64,000 bases of DNA, from assembly GCA_900088475.1 (NCBI GenBank), contig FLMG01000988.1, positions 186,001 to 250,000 on the forward strand, read 5' to 3'. A model generated the notes under the pieces. That model ran no database searches. It was not told the origin of the DNA and saw only the letters and a list, made by a program, of their open reading frames with translations. Shown in pieces: positions 37,649-50,831 of this stretch (position 1 is the stretch's first letter; the number at the start of each line of letters is the position of its first letter). The position numbers were made by a program, and so were the translations under genes. This stretch comes from Hyphochytrium catenoides (taxonomy: Eukaryota; Protista; Hyphochytriomycota).

Positions 37649-39430
37649 ATGCCGAAGTCTAGGCGAGCAAAGATTGGTTGGTTAACTTTCTGCCTTGTCG
37701 ACCTTGTCCCATCACTGCTAACAGCAACTGGGGTGTCTTCATTCTCCTGCCAGCTCCAAACCTCCATCTATCCCTTGCCTTGCTCTCATGCAATTGTCTC
37801 CCTCCATTTCTGGGTCTTGTTAGCGTCTTCTTGTCTTCTTCGGCTTCAACTAATCTCTCTTATCAGTACATCTGAACAAGACCCAGAAGAAGGGTTCAAC
37901 ATTGAAGACCACCCTGGTGGAAACCCTGAGAGAAGCTCTGGATGAGTACTCGTCAGCTTACGTGATTGAGTGCAATGACATCAGAAGCAACCACTTCAAG
38001 GAGATCAGAGCAGCTTGGACTGACAGCAAGTACGTATGGAGTGTATGAGCCTAACGGAAGTGACCAAGTGCTGAATGGTTAGGAGCAGATTACTGGGTAG
38101 TCAAAGAGAAGGAAATGGAAATTGAGAGATATCAACATGGAAAGGCATAACGAGAAACGTGATAAGAAGGGCAAGGAAGGGCCGCGGTGGTGGATGACGA
38201 GAGAGAGAAACACTTTCCATGGCTCCAATGCAGGGTCATTCTCATTCACTGCCACCGTAGGCTGCTCATGGGAAAGAACAAAGTGATGAAGGTCGCTCTT
38301 GGCCGCTCACCAGAAGAGGAGTTCCGGGAAGGGCTTTATAAGCTTGGAGAAGTATGTGTCCCTACTGGTTTTTATATTTTTTATATATATTCTTGCCTCT
38401 CTCTCCTGGTCTTCTCACAATCTGTCGATACTTGTATGTCTTTCGTCTCTCTGTCTGTCGCTGCTCCCCACCAATCCCCGCCAGTTCACACTTTCCTAAT
38501 CACTTCATTTTCCTTCAGGACTTAACAGGGAACACAGGGTTACTGCTAACCAACAGAGACAAGAGCGAGGTGGAGAAGTAAGAGAGAGGCCTTGCATATC
38601 TCTTCGGCCTGCATTTGCAATCCCTATATCCTCCTCCGGCTAACGCTGTCCTCCTCTAATTTGCCGGGCGGTCAACTATCTCTCTTCTAAATCCCCTTCA
38701 TATGTTGCCCTTTGAGTTGGTAGATTTTTCATCTTTTCACTGCAAAGGAGCTCCGCTCATCCTTTTGCTGAAGCTCTGCAGTCCTCTGCGTTCCTATAAT
38801 GCTAACCATTCCCGTTAACCGCACAGGTACTTTAATGCCTTCGTAGTACGAGACTATCCGCGAACGAAGTACCCAGCATCATACGAGGTGAAGCTGGAAG
38901 CTGGCCCCTTAGAACACTTCCCAGCTTCACAGACAGAGCATCTGCGGCAACTGGGACTACCAGTGCAGCTTAAGAACGGCGTGATCCACCTCTTGGAGGA
39001 CTACGTGGTGTGCAAGAAAGGAGACATTCTCAAGCCTGAACAGGCTAAATTATTGGTATATCTGCACCTCGGTCTCTCTTTTGTCGGGAGAGTGTCCCTG
39101 TCCATCTTCACACGAAGCCTTGCTGTGTCCCTGTCCATCTTCACACGAAGCCTTGCCTCTCTTAATCCACTGTTCTACTTCGAGTTAGCGTAGACTGCAA
39201 GAGTGTCTGTGTCCGAGCTTCATAACTTTCCTGCTGTCAGCTTTATGTTGTGGCAGTCTTCTCCGACGGGTTTCTAGTCTCGCAGATCATCTAACCCTTC
39301 GCCCCTATCTGCTATGTGTCACGGACCATAGAGCCACTTCGGACATGAGATGGCAGAGTATCGGATCACGCTGCGTAGCTACTGGCATGATGGCAAGTAC
39401 CAGAAGCTCAACGATATGTCTGAAGACTAA
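37649..39430 (+). CDS. MRT4: Ribosome assembly factor Mrt4 (mRNA turnover 4)
   Basis: MPKSRRAK, IRSNHFKEIRAAWTDS, MGKNKVMKVALGRSPEEE, LTGNTGLLLTN, LRQLGLPVQLKNGVIHL, LKPEQAKLL, FGHEMAEY. Confidence 0.93.
39092..39156. repeat. 33-bp-period tandem duplication inside an MRT4 intron
   Basis: GTGTCCCTGTCCATCTTCACACGAAGCCTTGC at 39092 and 39125. Confidence 0.9.
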
Positions 39431-39743
39431 GGATGTGCAAGAGGAAGTGAAGCAACGATAAGTCAGAGTCGGGACGCAACGGGCTATACACGACCGGACA
39501 ACAAAACAGGTCAAGCAAGACTATTCATTCGCTTTATTCTAGAAGAGGTAGCGCATGCACGCTTCGGCAAAGAGATCTGTTGGAAAGAGACCAAATGCGG
39601 TTTGACTCTGCAACATGAAATGATGGGCGGAGGATAGGGAATGTGTCTTGTGGATCGCTTAGTGCGCCCTAATCTTTAATCCGGAGGGAGAGAGAGAGAG
39701 AGGGAGAGAAACAAGCGAGATGACATCTTCTGTATAAATGGAG

Positions 39744-41183
39744 CTAGTGCTCCTCCTCCTCGCAGTGCTTCTTATACTGCTGCTCATCTAAGAGACCCTT
39801 CAACTCATCCTTATCAGAGAGCTTCAAAATATAGAAGTTGAAATGTATTAGCAGCGGACATTGAAAGACATTAGACACAAGAGCTGAAAGTACAGAGCCG
39901 CACGGAGCAGGGAGCATAAGGGGTTAGAAGACAGGATCATCAGAAAGCACACACAAAGACACCAAAGGCGCGAGAAGTGACTAGAAATAAGAGCAAGAAC
40001 CGAGAGTTGGCCAGCCGGTGGCCTATAGTTACAGCCTTTACCTTGATCTTCATGACCCAGCCCTTGTCAAGAGGAGACTCATTAATGAGCCCAGGATTGT
40101 CCGAGAGGGCCTAATATGTTCATTTGAGCGATGAGAGACTGGTCGCCTTTCCTGATAATGTTCTCCCTGTGTCATCATCTCCTTCCTCGACATCCCCAGC
40201 ACCCTAGCAACTGACTCTGCTGGCGCTAACGCTCCCTTTCTCTAGTTCCGTTCCAGATCATTCCATCTCTCTGTCCCCCTTAACCATTGTTTCTTGGTCA
40301 ACTTACGTCATTGGCGCCTACAATCTCTCCGCTAACGGGAGCGTACAGGTCACTTGCAGCCTTAACAGACTCCACAGACCCAAAGGTATCACTGGATATG
40401 ATCTTGGTCAGCGACGGCCAGCAAGAAGTTTACAGCTCGAGGAGTATGTGAAGAGAGGAGACAAGGAACTATAGACTTGCTCGAGGAAACGTCAAGAAGA
40501 AAAAGAGAACTTATGGAGAGTCGAGAGACTAACGGCTATCGTCCTGGTCCTTTCGCCTACTGTGTAGCCCACCCAGGTCGACGCATCGGACTTGCCAGAG
40601 AAAGAGACAGGAAGCGAGAGAGAGGTATAGAGAGGGAGAGACAGAGATCCTACTTACCCTTTGGAGACGGAATCCCCGACATTGGGCAGCTCAACGTAAA
40701 CCACATCCCCGAGCTGGTTCTGAGCAAAGTCAGTGATGCCGACTGTCCCTACATCTCCCGAGAGCTGTCGACAGTGTAATTTCAGAGACCAACCGCTTAT
40801 AATGGCTGCCGTGTCTCCTTGCTACAGCCTTCTTCCCTTGTATGACCATACAAACCGTTTGCTACGCCCTTATAGTTCCATCACCCACGTCTCCCACTCT
40901 CCCAAATGCTCCTCTCACGTCACTTTCTCTTCCTCCCTGTGCATCTTCAGCTGGTCTTAAACAATATGGCAGCTCTTGTCGTGAGGACGCAGCTCCGTTA
41001 CTGAGTGGCTGCCTCTCAGGTTTGCTCCCTTGGTCTTACCTTCACATACTCGTGCTCCTTGGTATAGTAGGTAGACATAGCGCGGAAGCCTCTGGGGGCA
41101 TTGGCCCTCACTGCCGTCGCACCGGGGCAGAAAGCGGGAGAGACCGCTCTGGCGACCACACAGCGAGCACGAGAGAGCAACAT
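39744..41183 (-). CDS. GCSH: Mitochondrial glycine cleavage system H protein
   Basis: Presequence [14 protein letters not shown]..., [30 protein letters not shown], lipoyl motif [34 protein letters not shown]. Confidence 0.95.
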
Positions 41184-41609
41184 GTTTGACTGCTTCGACA
41201 GAAAGAAAGGCGCGGAACGAGAGGAAGAGAACAGGGAGATCAAGAGCAAAGGGCAAAGAAGTGTTTGTCGACAACAGGAGAGACAGACGGAGAGAGAGAG
41301 ATGTGGTCAGCTGGAGGTCTATCACCCCGTAAGGATCTTAAAAGCTTTTGTTGGCTATCTTACCGGGAAAGAGAAGGCACAGCAACGGGGGAGAACACGG
41401 CGAGGCACAAGTGGAGACTGAGAGGTGGCGACGAGAGCTGATGGTCAGGCAAGCCACGTCTGACAGAGAGGAGAAGAGGACGAAAGGAGGGAAGCGAGGA
41501 AAGAGGAAAGACATACAAAGAGAAGTGATGAGAGAGAGGGAGATCAAAGAGACAGAGAGAGTGGCGTTCCCAACCGTTGACAGGCAGAGAAAGTGTGCGA
41601 GAAATAGAC

Positions 41610-41694
41610 AAAGAGAGGAAGGAGAGAGAGAGACAGAGAGAGAGAGACAAACAGAGAGAGAGAGAGAGAACTACCTAGAGAGTGACCGAGAGCG

Positions 41695-41742
<48 letters not shown>

Positions 41743-41770
41743 GAGGGAGAGGGACAGAGAGGAGAGAAGC
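41610..41770. repeat. (GA)n microsatellite
   Basis: Visible tract upstream of GCSH. Confidence 0.9.
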
Positions 41771-41945
41771 CAAAAAGGGATCTTCAAGACCCAGTCAGCA
41801 CTTGCTGCTCTTTCGAAACATTCAGAGAAACATTACTGCTACTTTCACCCTTTTACTATTATGAGTAACTTGAAGTATTCCCACTGATGCATTGAAACAT
41901 TCATGACTGGAGTTGACCAGGTTTGATTGATGGTTTTGGTGCCAG

Positions 41946-42060
41946 TGGACGGAGACGGACAGGCGGGCAGCAGGCAGCAGGGCAGAGAAGGCAGGGCAGA
42001 GCGGGGAGCAGGGCGAAAGGAAGGCAGGGCAGAGCAGGCAGCCGGGCCTGGCGCAGGACA
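41946..42060. repeat. Degenerate GGCAG/GGGCAG G-rich simple repeat
   Basis: Numerous imperfect GGCAG units between the COPA 3' end and the GCSH promoter. Confidence 0.6.
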
Positions 42061-42381
42061 CGCAGCAGCCGGAGATAGCTTGTAGGGAGGCAGGCGAGAA
42101 ACGTTGCGGCAGAGGCGAACGACCCTGGGAGCATCCACAGCAGAGAGAGCCAGCCGCCCTACTATGAGGTGGGAGATAGTGAGAGAGGCTATTACAAGTT
42201 CAAAGATACGCATATGGAGACTGCTGAGGAGAGTTGTATGATCCCTGCAGAGAGTAGGACCAGAGGAGAGCTAAGTGTCCTCAAAGCAGCGACGTTAACC
42301 ATCATGTTCGGCCTTCATTGTCAATAGAAGCTTGTCTAATAAGCCTTATATAGAGGGCGGCCAACTTTCAGCTAACCCTGC

Positions 42382-45300
42382 CTAAGCATTCATGGAGACT
42401 AGCCCCAACGTCTCCTCTCCTACTTTGCTGAGTGTACAGATAACGCAAACGGAGTTTCTAAAGCTGGGGAGATAGTGAGAGGCACAGTATGGGCACTTGA
42501 CGGTCTCACTGCCTCTGTAGACTGGAGTGAGTGATCCAGCGCACAGAACGAACGGCTTAGAAGGGTCGTAGGCGAGCTGGTGCTCGTTGCGGGCCTCTTG
42601 CTCACTCTTCTGGAGGATTTTGCGTGTCTGTAGAAGGACGAGGATGAGGATGATAGAGTAGCGTCATGAGCCCATAACGCCAGACTAAAGACCGCCACAT
42701 AGAGTCCGAGCCGCACACAGTACTTGGAGCTAACAGAGCAGAGGTAAAGGTGGAAGAGAGCACAGCAGAACCTTGTCCACACGGGCGAACAGACGAAAAG
42801 ACGGTCAAAGGACCAAGGATGAACGCCCAGATGATGACAGCCTACCTTGTTCCTAAGGTCTGCATTCCTTTCACTAGCCACGTCAGGGAGCTCTAACAGC
42901 CTCCTGGCAAACGAAGCGGTCAGGATGAAGTCCTTGGATTTGTACGCCGCGGTCATCGCCATCTTGAGAGCCAGGAGAAGGTGAGCAGGCTGAAGGTTGC
43001 AATGGGTGAAGTAGGCAGCCAACTCCACGCTTCGTACGTCCTCCTTGTGATCTCCCATAGCGATCTTGAGCCTGATCGCAGTCAGATACTCCCTGCAGTT
43101 GCTCAGAATATCCTTCACCTCTGCAACTTCCTGCCTTGTGTCTACACAAGCGAAGGGTAGAGAGAACACTGTCCCTTCGAATTCACTCTTGGCCTCTGAG
43201 AAGCGGCCCGCGGTGAAGGAAGAGAAAGCCTGCCTCACTCTTTCCTGAAGGTCCTTCAATGTAGTGGCAACCATAGGAAGAGACTTCGGCCCTGGATTTC
43301 CCCCCTGCGCATTGCGTAGAATAAAGCTCCGAAGAGATGGTACGGAAGCCAGCGAAGGCAGAGAAGCTGAAGCGCCGGCGTGGATGGAGAGGAAGAAGGG
43401 CTTCAGAGGCTGGAAGTTAACGACCCCAATTTGACGATGGAGGAGCTGTGAGAAGAGGTTAAGGAGTTAATCAGAGCTCAGGGACGAAGAATAGGCAGGG
43501 GGATGGGTACAGATAACGGATAAGGTATGGGAAAGAACGACAACGAAAGAGGTGGTCATCAAAGCGAGAGCGACGCAGGAAGAGAGAGACAGAGACACAC
43601 AGCGAAAGAAGATTGTACGACTCAGCCAAAGACAATAATCCAGTTGCCATGTCCCTAAACTATCATCTCTTTCTTCCTCCTCCACCAAGCGACTCCCCAT
43701 TGCCTCTATCTTTACTCGTGTTCATCTACCTGCATGGCAGTCTCGAAGGATCCAGCGGCAATGTGGTCAGCGGCCAGGGAAGAATTATTGAGCCAGAGCT
43801 GCGGAGGCGTAACCCCAGGCGTGGGAGTAGAAAATCCAAAGCCACCGAGGTCAGGACTGCCAAAGCCATCCCTTCCAGTCTTGTCAACCGTTCCTTTCTC
43901 TTCCTCGCCCAGATCCAAGTCGTCCAAATCGTCTCCCAGCTCCCACTCGCCACCTCCTGCAGCCTGAGGAGATGTAACCTGCTTGGAAGCTGCCCGACCG
44001 AAAGTCAAAAAGAAAGTGGAAGGAGGCACTCGAGTGAGAACCCACTGAGAGTTGAGGGAAAGCCGTATTATGCGTCACATTTAAAGAGGAAGAGAGAGAG
44101 ANNNNNNNNNNNNNNNNNNNNNNNNNNNNNNNAGAACATGGCGGTATGAGAAGGAGTAGTTCCCCACCAATTTGTAGAGATCTAGGCCTGAGAGCAAAGG
44201 TTGGAAAGATGTACAGAAAGCGTGCGCGCGGGCTTACCTGGTTCTCCAAAGTCGGCATCAAGCTCATCTTCCCAGCCACCACCACTAGCTACTTGAGGTG
44301 GCGCTGGCGCTTGGACCTCTTCCTCCTGAGTGGGCAGGTTTTCCATGGTTATACCGCCAGGAACCTCGATGGTAGGCCAGTTGTCGTGGCGGTTGATTGG
44401 CGGCGGGGGAAAGAGAAGAGCTGCTGAAGAGGAAGCTTCAGGAATGGGGCTTCCCGCCGCTTTCAGCTTCTCTTCTAGTCCGATCGCGCTCTCGTCTAGC
44501 CTGTGAGTCTTGGCCAGGAGATAGGCCAAGGTAACTGAGTCAAAGGCAAAAGTCAGATAAGGGCAAACTAACGTAAATAGGTCTCAAGAAGGCAGTCTCC
44601 GGTTTCGCCTACAGCCGAAAAAAGGCTGGAAAAATGCAAAGACTGAAGAAAGGAGCTCAGATGAAGATCTGAACAAGAGGTCGTCCAAGACCGAGGGCAC
44701 TGCTAAACTTACGCTGGCCGCACTCCTCTAACACCGCCAGTCTTGTCTCTACATCCCCTAAGTAGAGGGCATTATGGAAGCGTGACATCACATCCTTCCG
44801 CATCTCTGCGATCTTCAGCATCTTGCTAAGCTTGTCAACGTTGCCCGTCAGTAGATAGAGGAAAGAGAGCCGGTCAAAGTCCTTGGTGCGCTGATAGCAA
44901 ATCTCAACCACCTGCGATCCAGACAGATTGAGACATAAGCCGACTGACTAGAGCAAAAGAAATTCCGAAAGATTCAGAAACGACCGGACTAAGAGAGAGA
45001 GAAGATATACTGGGAGGATATAGAGGATATTCCAAGTGCTGTGAAGAAGACTGCTTCCACCTGAAGATTGCCCTGTCTGAAAGCTTCAGCTCCTAGACGA
45101 TGCCAGCATTCATCATCCCCAAGCTCAATGGCAGAATTGAGAGCCACCTCAAGGTTGCCACAAGCAAGAGCTAGGGAAAATCGTGTCTTCTCATCGTCTA
45201 CAAAGTGGAGGGCCACTTCTGGGCAGCCTTTATCCTTGAGATAAGAGATAATCGCCTGGCCGCATAACCGAGAGTTCCGGATCATGCGCATTACATCTCC

Positions 45301-48300
45301 ATATTGCTTCTTGTGCAGAGCTTGCTTGAAGGCACATTCTAACGACATGACAATGGAGGGAGAGAGGGTTGGACGTCAGCCAATCTCAACCTTGGGGAAG
45401 CAAAGAGACACGCTAGTGAGAGAAGATGAGAGCTAAGTAAGCGGGAGAACATCCAGAAAAGAGAGTATGAGAAGCCCGAGACATGAGAGAAGGTGAGAAA
45501 CCTGTCATATCGATTGCCAAGGTTCTAGGCTTGCAGTCGCGGTCAAGACAATGCAAGTTGTTTCCATCGACAGCAGTGAGGTACACAGGTACATCCAAAC
45601 TTCGAATGATACCGCGGTCGCTGCGACCATATCAGAACAGAATAGACTCAGCATGCATATCAAGATCAGAGAGATATTGAAGAGAGAAGGAGCAGGAGAG
45701 CCGTGCAGCCAGATGAAGAGATATAACGTCAAGCAAGGGAAAGAGCAGTCAAGTTGAATGGAACAGGCCGGTCGAGTCTATGCAGCAAAAGAGGGAAAGT
45801 GTTGAACAGCGATGGCCCCGCTAGTCATGAATCCCTTACCCGCTAGGTAAGCAGTACTTGACGTGGTTGAGCGTCGTGTAGATAAAGACAGACTTCTTGG
45901 TCCAGATACCGCTCTTCACTCTAATAGTCTCTGTGATGGTGCACTGGTGGTCCAGCTGGCGGTTCGCGATGATAATGGCTAAAAGGGCAACTTAGTAATA
46001 GTCTTTGGAAGCAAGCCAGCGAAAGGGAAGTAGAGGATAGAGCCAGGAGGGAGTCCTCTTCAGCAGCTAGGAATAGGCACATAATAAGGCCAGGATGCGA
46101 AAGCTCGTTGAGTCCATCAGATATAGTTTGAGGAGTACAGAGACGTCATCGGTATGTCAACGACAGGAATCGTGCATCTGACTTACAGTGCTTGCCCATG
46201 AGCGCCACCTGGGAGCAATCGCTATTCCAAATGACGTACTTAACCCGTGTTGCCATGATCTCGGCCAACACCCGTCGGCTCTGATTCTCGAAGAGGATGA
46301 CCTTATCCTCTGTTCTTAAAAGAAGACGGCCAGCAGTGCCGCCAAAGTACATTCCGTCCGCACTTCCTCCAGGAGGTGTGATCTTCTTCGTTACCTCGTT
46401 CTGGAAGTTCTTAATTGCTATTTGTTTGTCTTTGCCAAGAACTGCAAAACGGTTCCGTGCTATGAAGACGGCTGCTAAACCCGTGCCTTTGCGGCTTTCC
46501 TGGCTATCAATCTGTCCCCCCGCGTCTTTCGAAAAGCAAAGCAGCTCATAAGACCCGCCGTCCGAATCCTAGAAAAGAGACAGAGAACCATGTGAGAATG
46601 GGGGAAGAGAAGCTGACGTGGGTTTTGCTGAATGCTAGGAGAGGCAGCAACAGAAGAAAATCATGTGAACCCTCCTTTGCAGACGCGATAGCTAGAGGAA
46701 GGGGACGAATAAGCTTCTACGTACCGACATGATGAGCAGATTGTGCTCTGACTGGTTGTAAGTGTTATAGCTCGCTGTACGGGGTCCAGTGCCCAGGGAA
46801 CTGCCCTGGCCTCTTCTAAGTGATACCACGGGCACGTCGCGGCCTGTGGGAATATCCAGCAGCCTAACATAGCGCTCTTTGCAGTAGAAAACCTTGTTGT
46901 CGACGACGTCGTAGGCCGGTCTCTCTCTTTCCAGTTTGAAGACAATCATACCACTGTCATGCCCTGAGTGCAGGAAGGGGTAAGAACAGTGACTGGTAAA
47001 TTTAGGCAAAGTAGCGGACAAAGGAGCTGGGAGGTTCTCAAGCACGCCGGAAAGCGCCCAGATAAGCAGTCTACTCACCTGCAGCGATGAGGTTTTGATC
47101 TGGGTGAGCGGCCAATATCCAGAACCTGTCATTCTCTCGTCTAAAAGTCTGCACTCCCATTCTTTTGGAGATGTCCCAAACCCTGATGGAGCGGTCCTCA
47201 GAGTTACTGATGATGAGCTCCTGACGAGGATGGAAAATCACGCAGGAAATGTTGTGGGTGTGTCCTCGCATTGTGTCTACCTCCCACGCTTTCGTTTCTG
47301 TAGGCCAGGAATAGGATGGAGGCTTAGTTCATCTTCCACGCTCGTCTATTGGACTGCTCCACCAGCTCAATATGTCTTACTCTTACTGTCACTGATGATG
47401 CTGTTAGTGCGGCCTCTGAACCCAGTGCCCCACCTTACCGTTCATTCTCCAGAGTTTGATCTGTCTATCGTCTGACCCTGAAACGATGAGTGGTAGCGAT
47501 GGGTGGAAGCATGCCCAGTTCACTCCTCTATCATGCCCCTCCAGCACATACTTGACCACTGCATCATTGCCACCAAAAAGATCGTTGTTCAGACGAGCCT
47601 GCATGCTCTCTTCTGGAGTAGGAGGGGCTCCTCTGACGGTCTTCTTTCTCAACCCTACGGACCAAAATGAAAGAAGTAAGCACCACGAATCTCCGTGATG
47701 CTTGCACAGGTCCCGCGTCCTTGCGCGATACCCTAACCCTCACCTGCCAGATCCCAGACGCGGACTGTCTGGTCCAATGAGCTTGACACCACGAGATCTT
47801 CTTTTGGATGGAATTGTGCACACATCACATAGTGGTTGTGGCCGGTGAGCACAGAGACACAGGTGCGGCTCTGCCAATTCCAGATGCGGATAGTTTGGTC
47901 GTCGGATGCAGTGACAATCCATGGATACTCATGGTGAAACTGGACTGTGCGGATGTAGTCCAAGTGCCCTAACAGCGTGAAGAGACATCTCCGAAGCTTG
48001 TAATCCCAGACTTTAATCTTATAGTCATCGCCGCCCGAGACGAAGATAGGCTGAGGACAAGGGGGAGCAGGAACAAGGAATCAAAACATAGAACGGCAAC
48101 AATCCGAGTAGATTTGTTCTACCTGACTCTTATGGAAGTCCACGCCTCGTACTGGCCCATCATGCTCATCAAAGCGGTCGATCAAGGAGCCCATTCGGAA
48201 GTCCCAGAGCTGGATGACACCATTGTGCAGAGCAGTAAGAATCCATGGCCTGGTAGGATGAAAGGCTAAGCCTTTGACCCTATTGCTCTTGGACTCAAAC

Positions 48301-48311
48301 TTTGTTAACAT
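42382..48311 (-). CDS. COPA: Coatomer subunit alpha, many exons
   Basis: [21 protein letters not shown]40 repeats, [68 protein letters not shown]-terminal Zn-knuckle ending [12 protein letters not shown]. Confidence 0.97.
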
Positions 48312-49333
48312 CCTTCCCTTGTCCTTATTTCTTATAAAAGGAAGCCACGAGGCAGCTTATGACCTGCAGATCCAAGCCCGTACCCCGAGAATGAAGGTCG
48401 AGGCTGTGCTGCGCCAAAGCTTACGAGTCTACCGACTCAAAATCTAGCAAAGCCCTTCTCCAGTTCCTCTATCCTCTGCCTCTTTCTCCGCCTAGCTTCC
48501 TCTACCCATGGAGATCCTGGAAGAGCTCAATTGTCTTGCTCAGGTTCAGGAAGCTGTGGACAGATACTCTGCTGGCAGCTTTTGCCTGCCCGCTCTATCT
48601 GAAGCTCCAGACTCCAGATCTCTTGAGACAGAGCTCCCTCTTCCCATAGCTAGCGGCCTCTCAAACCCACTCTACCATCACCAAGGGCAATTCTTCCCTT
48701 GCAGGAAACAGTGGGTTTACCCAACTCTGGGGAGAAGAACGGTAACGGCAAGGCGCTGTGTGTTAGATGCGACGATGGATCCGGAAGGGGGCTGTAGGAT
48801 AATCTTAATAGCAGAGACGCCTAAGAGAAAGGGGCACTCTGCACTCTTCAAGTACAGTAGGCGTGTATCTAGAACATGGTATAGCTTATTCGGCATCTAG
48901 CCGGGCTACGTGCGGTTTTGACTGAAGCTGTAAGCGAGTATACAGTGATGTACAGCGGTCCACAGGTCATTCCCCCAGCGGTCATACACACTCGATGACG
49001 CTACTCAGTAGTATCCGATGATGCGCTGATCACTCTGTCACTGGACCGGACAGGCAACTGTAGGTCCCGCAGCGACAAGAGGCAGATGTTGGAAGTGGAA
49101 GGCAAGAGGCGTGACGAAAGAGCTTTGATAGCCAGCAGACAAGCAAATAAGGCAATCCCGGAGGTGTGTACAGAAGTAAGTACCTCTTAGATTCTGGAAA
49201 GCTTAGGGTTATGGAGTAACGGCAGCGCCGGCGGCTTCTCCTTATCAAACCGGTGACCGTCGGACAGTAGCTCTGGTCGGAAGTTGATGGCGCTAGAAGA
49301 AAGCTGAGTAGTGAACCCGTGTGCCTCCCTCCG

Positions 49334-50325
49334 ATGACCTCTAAGGCAAAGAGTATGCTCCTGCTGCAACACCTGCTGCTTGGTGCGAGTGTCATTGCAC
49401 TTGGTGCGGTATATCTCCTTCCGCTCTACGATAGGGCTTCAGTGGGCCCTGTCATCCTGGGTAGCTACTGGGGCTCTTGGCGAGATTACCTCTCTACTCA
49501 GCGCTCGGATCAGAAGAATGCTCCACAGCGCTACCGCTATGACTTGGACACTGACTTTTGCAATGTAAAACGAGTTGTCATTACTTCAGAGTCAGACTTC
49601 ATTCGGCGAGTCCTTAATGGCTACGAGCCCAAGATCACTGTCTTCGGAAACACCTCTGCGAACGTCCACAATCTTGAATTTAGGCAACGAACAGAGCTCA
49701 ACTCCCTGCTTAAGTCCCACGGGACAGTCCCGGTGAAGCTCAGCTCGTCCAACTCTTACTCACATGACCGGAAGGAAACATTGCTGCGAGAGTACCTAAC
49801 CACTATCCTTGAGGATACGGAGGGTTTACAAGGTAAGAGACGACTTCAGTGAGGGCCAATCGTCCGGGTGCGGTCTATACTGATATATTCCAACGTCCTT
49901 GCTAGAGCGCCGAAGTAATGAGACGTATTACTTCTTCGGCGACAACTTCAGGCAAGAATGGCTAGACCTGATGGGGCACTACCTGCCACCGCCCTTTCGG
50001 ATAAGCAANNNNNNNNNNNNNNNNNNNNNNNNNNNNNNNNNNNNNNNNNNNNNNNNNNNNNAGCGAGGTACTTCATGGCAGAAAGCGATGGTTTCTCTAT
50101 CCTCCCAATCAAGAGCCACCAGGCTTTGATCCTGATGAGCTTCAGCTTCACTGGCTTAACCGCGTCTACGGCAACCTGGGTCCGCTTCAGCGGCCCCTAG
50201 AATGCACAATCCGACCCGGAGAAGTGTTATGGTTCCCGTCGCAATGGCATCACGCCACCTTGAACTTGGACCCTTACACAGTCTTTGTATCTCTCTTTGT
50301 GGAGCAACCAGCAATATCAAGCTAG
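49334..50325 (+). CDS. JmjC-domain protein, JMJD8-like, with N-terminal signal/anchor
   Basis: Hydrophobic N-terminus, FCNVKR, VKLSSSNSYS, ETYYFFGDN, and after the N gap SEVLHGRKRWFLYPP...PLECTIRPGEVLWFPSQWHHATLNLD. The proximal metal-binding motif falls in the gap. Confidence 0.85.
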
Positions 50326-50452
50326 TAACACTGTTGACACTATTTATCATCAGTAGTCCTGAATCTATTACCTGAGGAAATCTATTTCACCTGCTGGGGT
50401 TTGTTTTGACAAAGTGGAAGGTTTCTGACTTCGACGATGGATACCATGGGTC

Positions 50453-50831
50453 CTATGCCACTTCTACGGAGGCCACCTTGTCCGGTAGCTTGTCGCACTT
50501 GAAAACGCCTGAGGGTAGCTTCTTGGCCTGCTCAATAGAGAAGCAAGAGGAAGGCACTGCTCCGGCCTTGCACCACGTGCATGTCTCAACCTTGTTGCAT
50601 GCACTTTGATCCTTTAGTGCACGGCAATCTTCACTGAAAAGAGGGGTCACATCTTGTGCGGTAGAGCGAAGTGCTGTGCATAATGGGCGTTCAATAATCT
50701 GTTGATGGAGGCTTAGATATAAAGTTAGGAGCTTCACACTTACACGAGCGCCAGGCGGATGAACGTTCAGTGAGAGACGCAAAGCACAGTGACGCTAACC
50801 ACAGTCCTAGTACCAGCGCTTGTCTAGCCAT
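50453..50831 (-). CDS. Small secreted cysteine-rich protein (102 aa), 2 exons
   Basis: Exons 50831-50744 and 50673-50453 join in frame across a 70-nt GTAAGT...CAG intron. Signal peptide MARQALVLGLWLASLCFA, then a 6-Cys module. Confidence 0.75.

Noticed and set aside
48508-48900. 130-aa ATG ORF between COPA and JMJD8-like
   Set aside because: No recognisable motif or splice support; cannot be distinguished from a chance ORF in a divergent promoter region.
48943-49036. Possible box C/D snoRNA (GTGATG...CTGA with terminal pairing)
   Set aside because: Box C is imperfect and I could not identify an rRNA-complementary guide.
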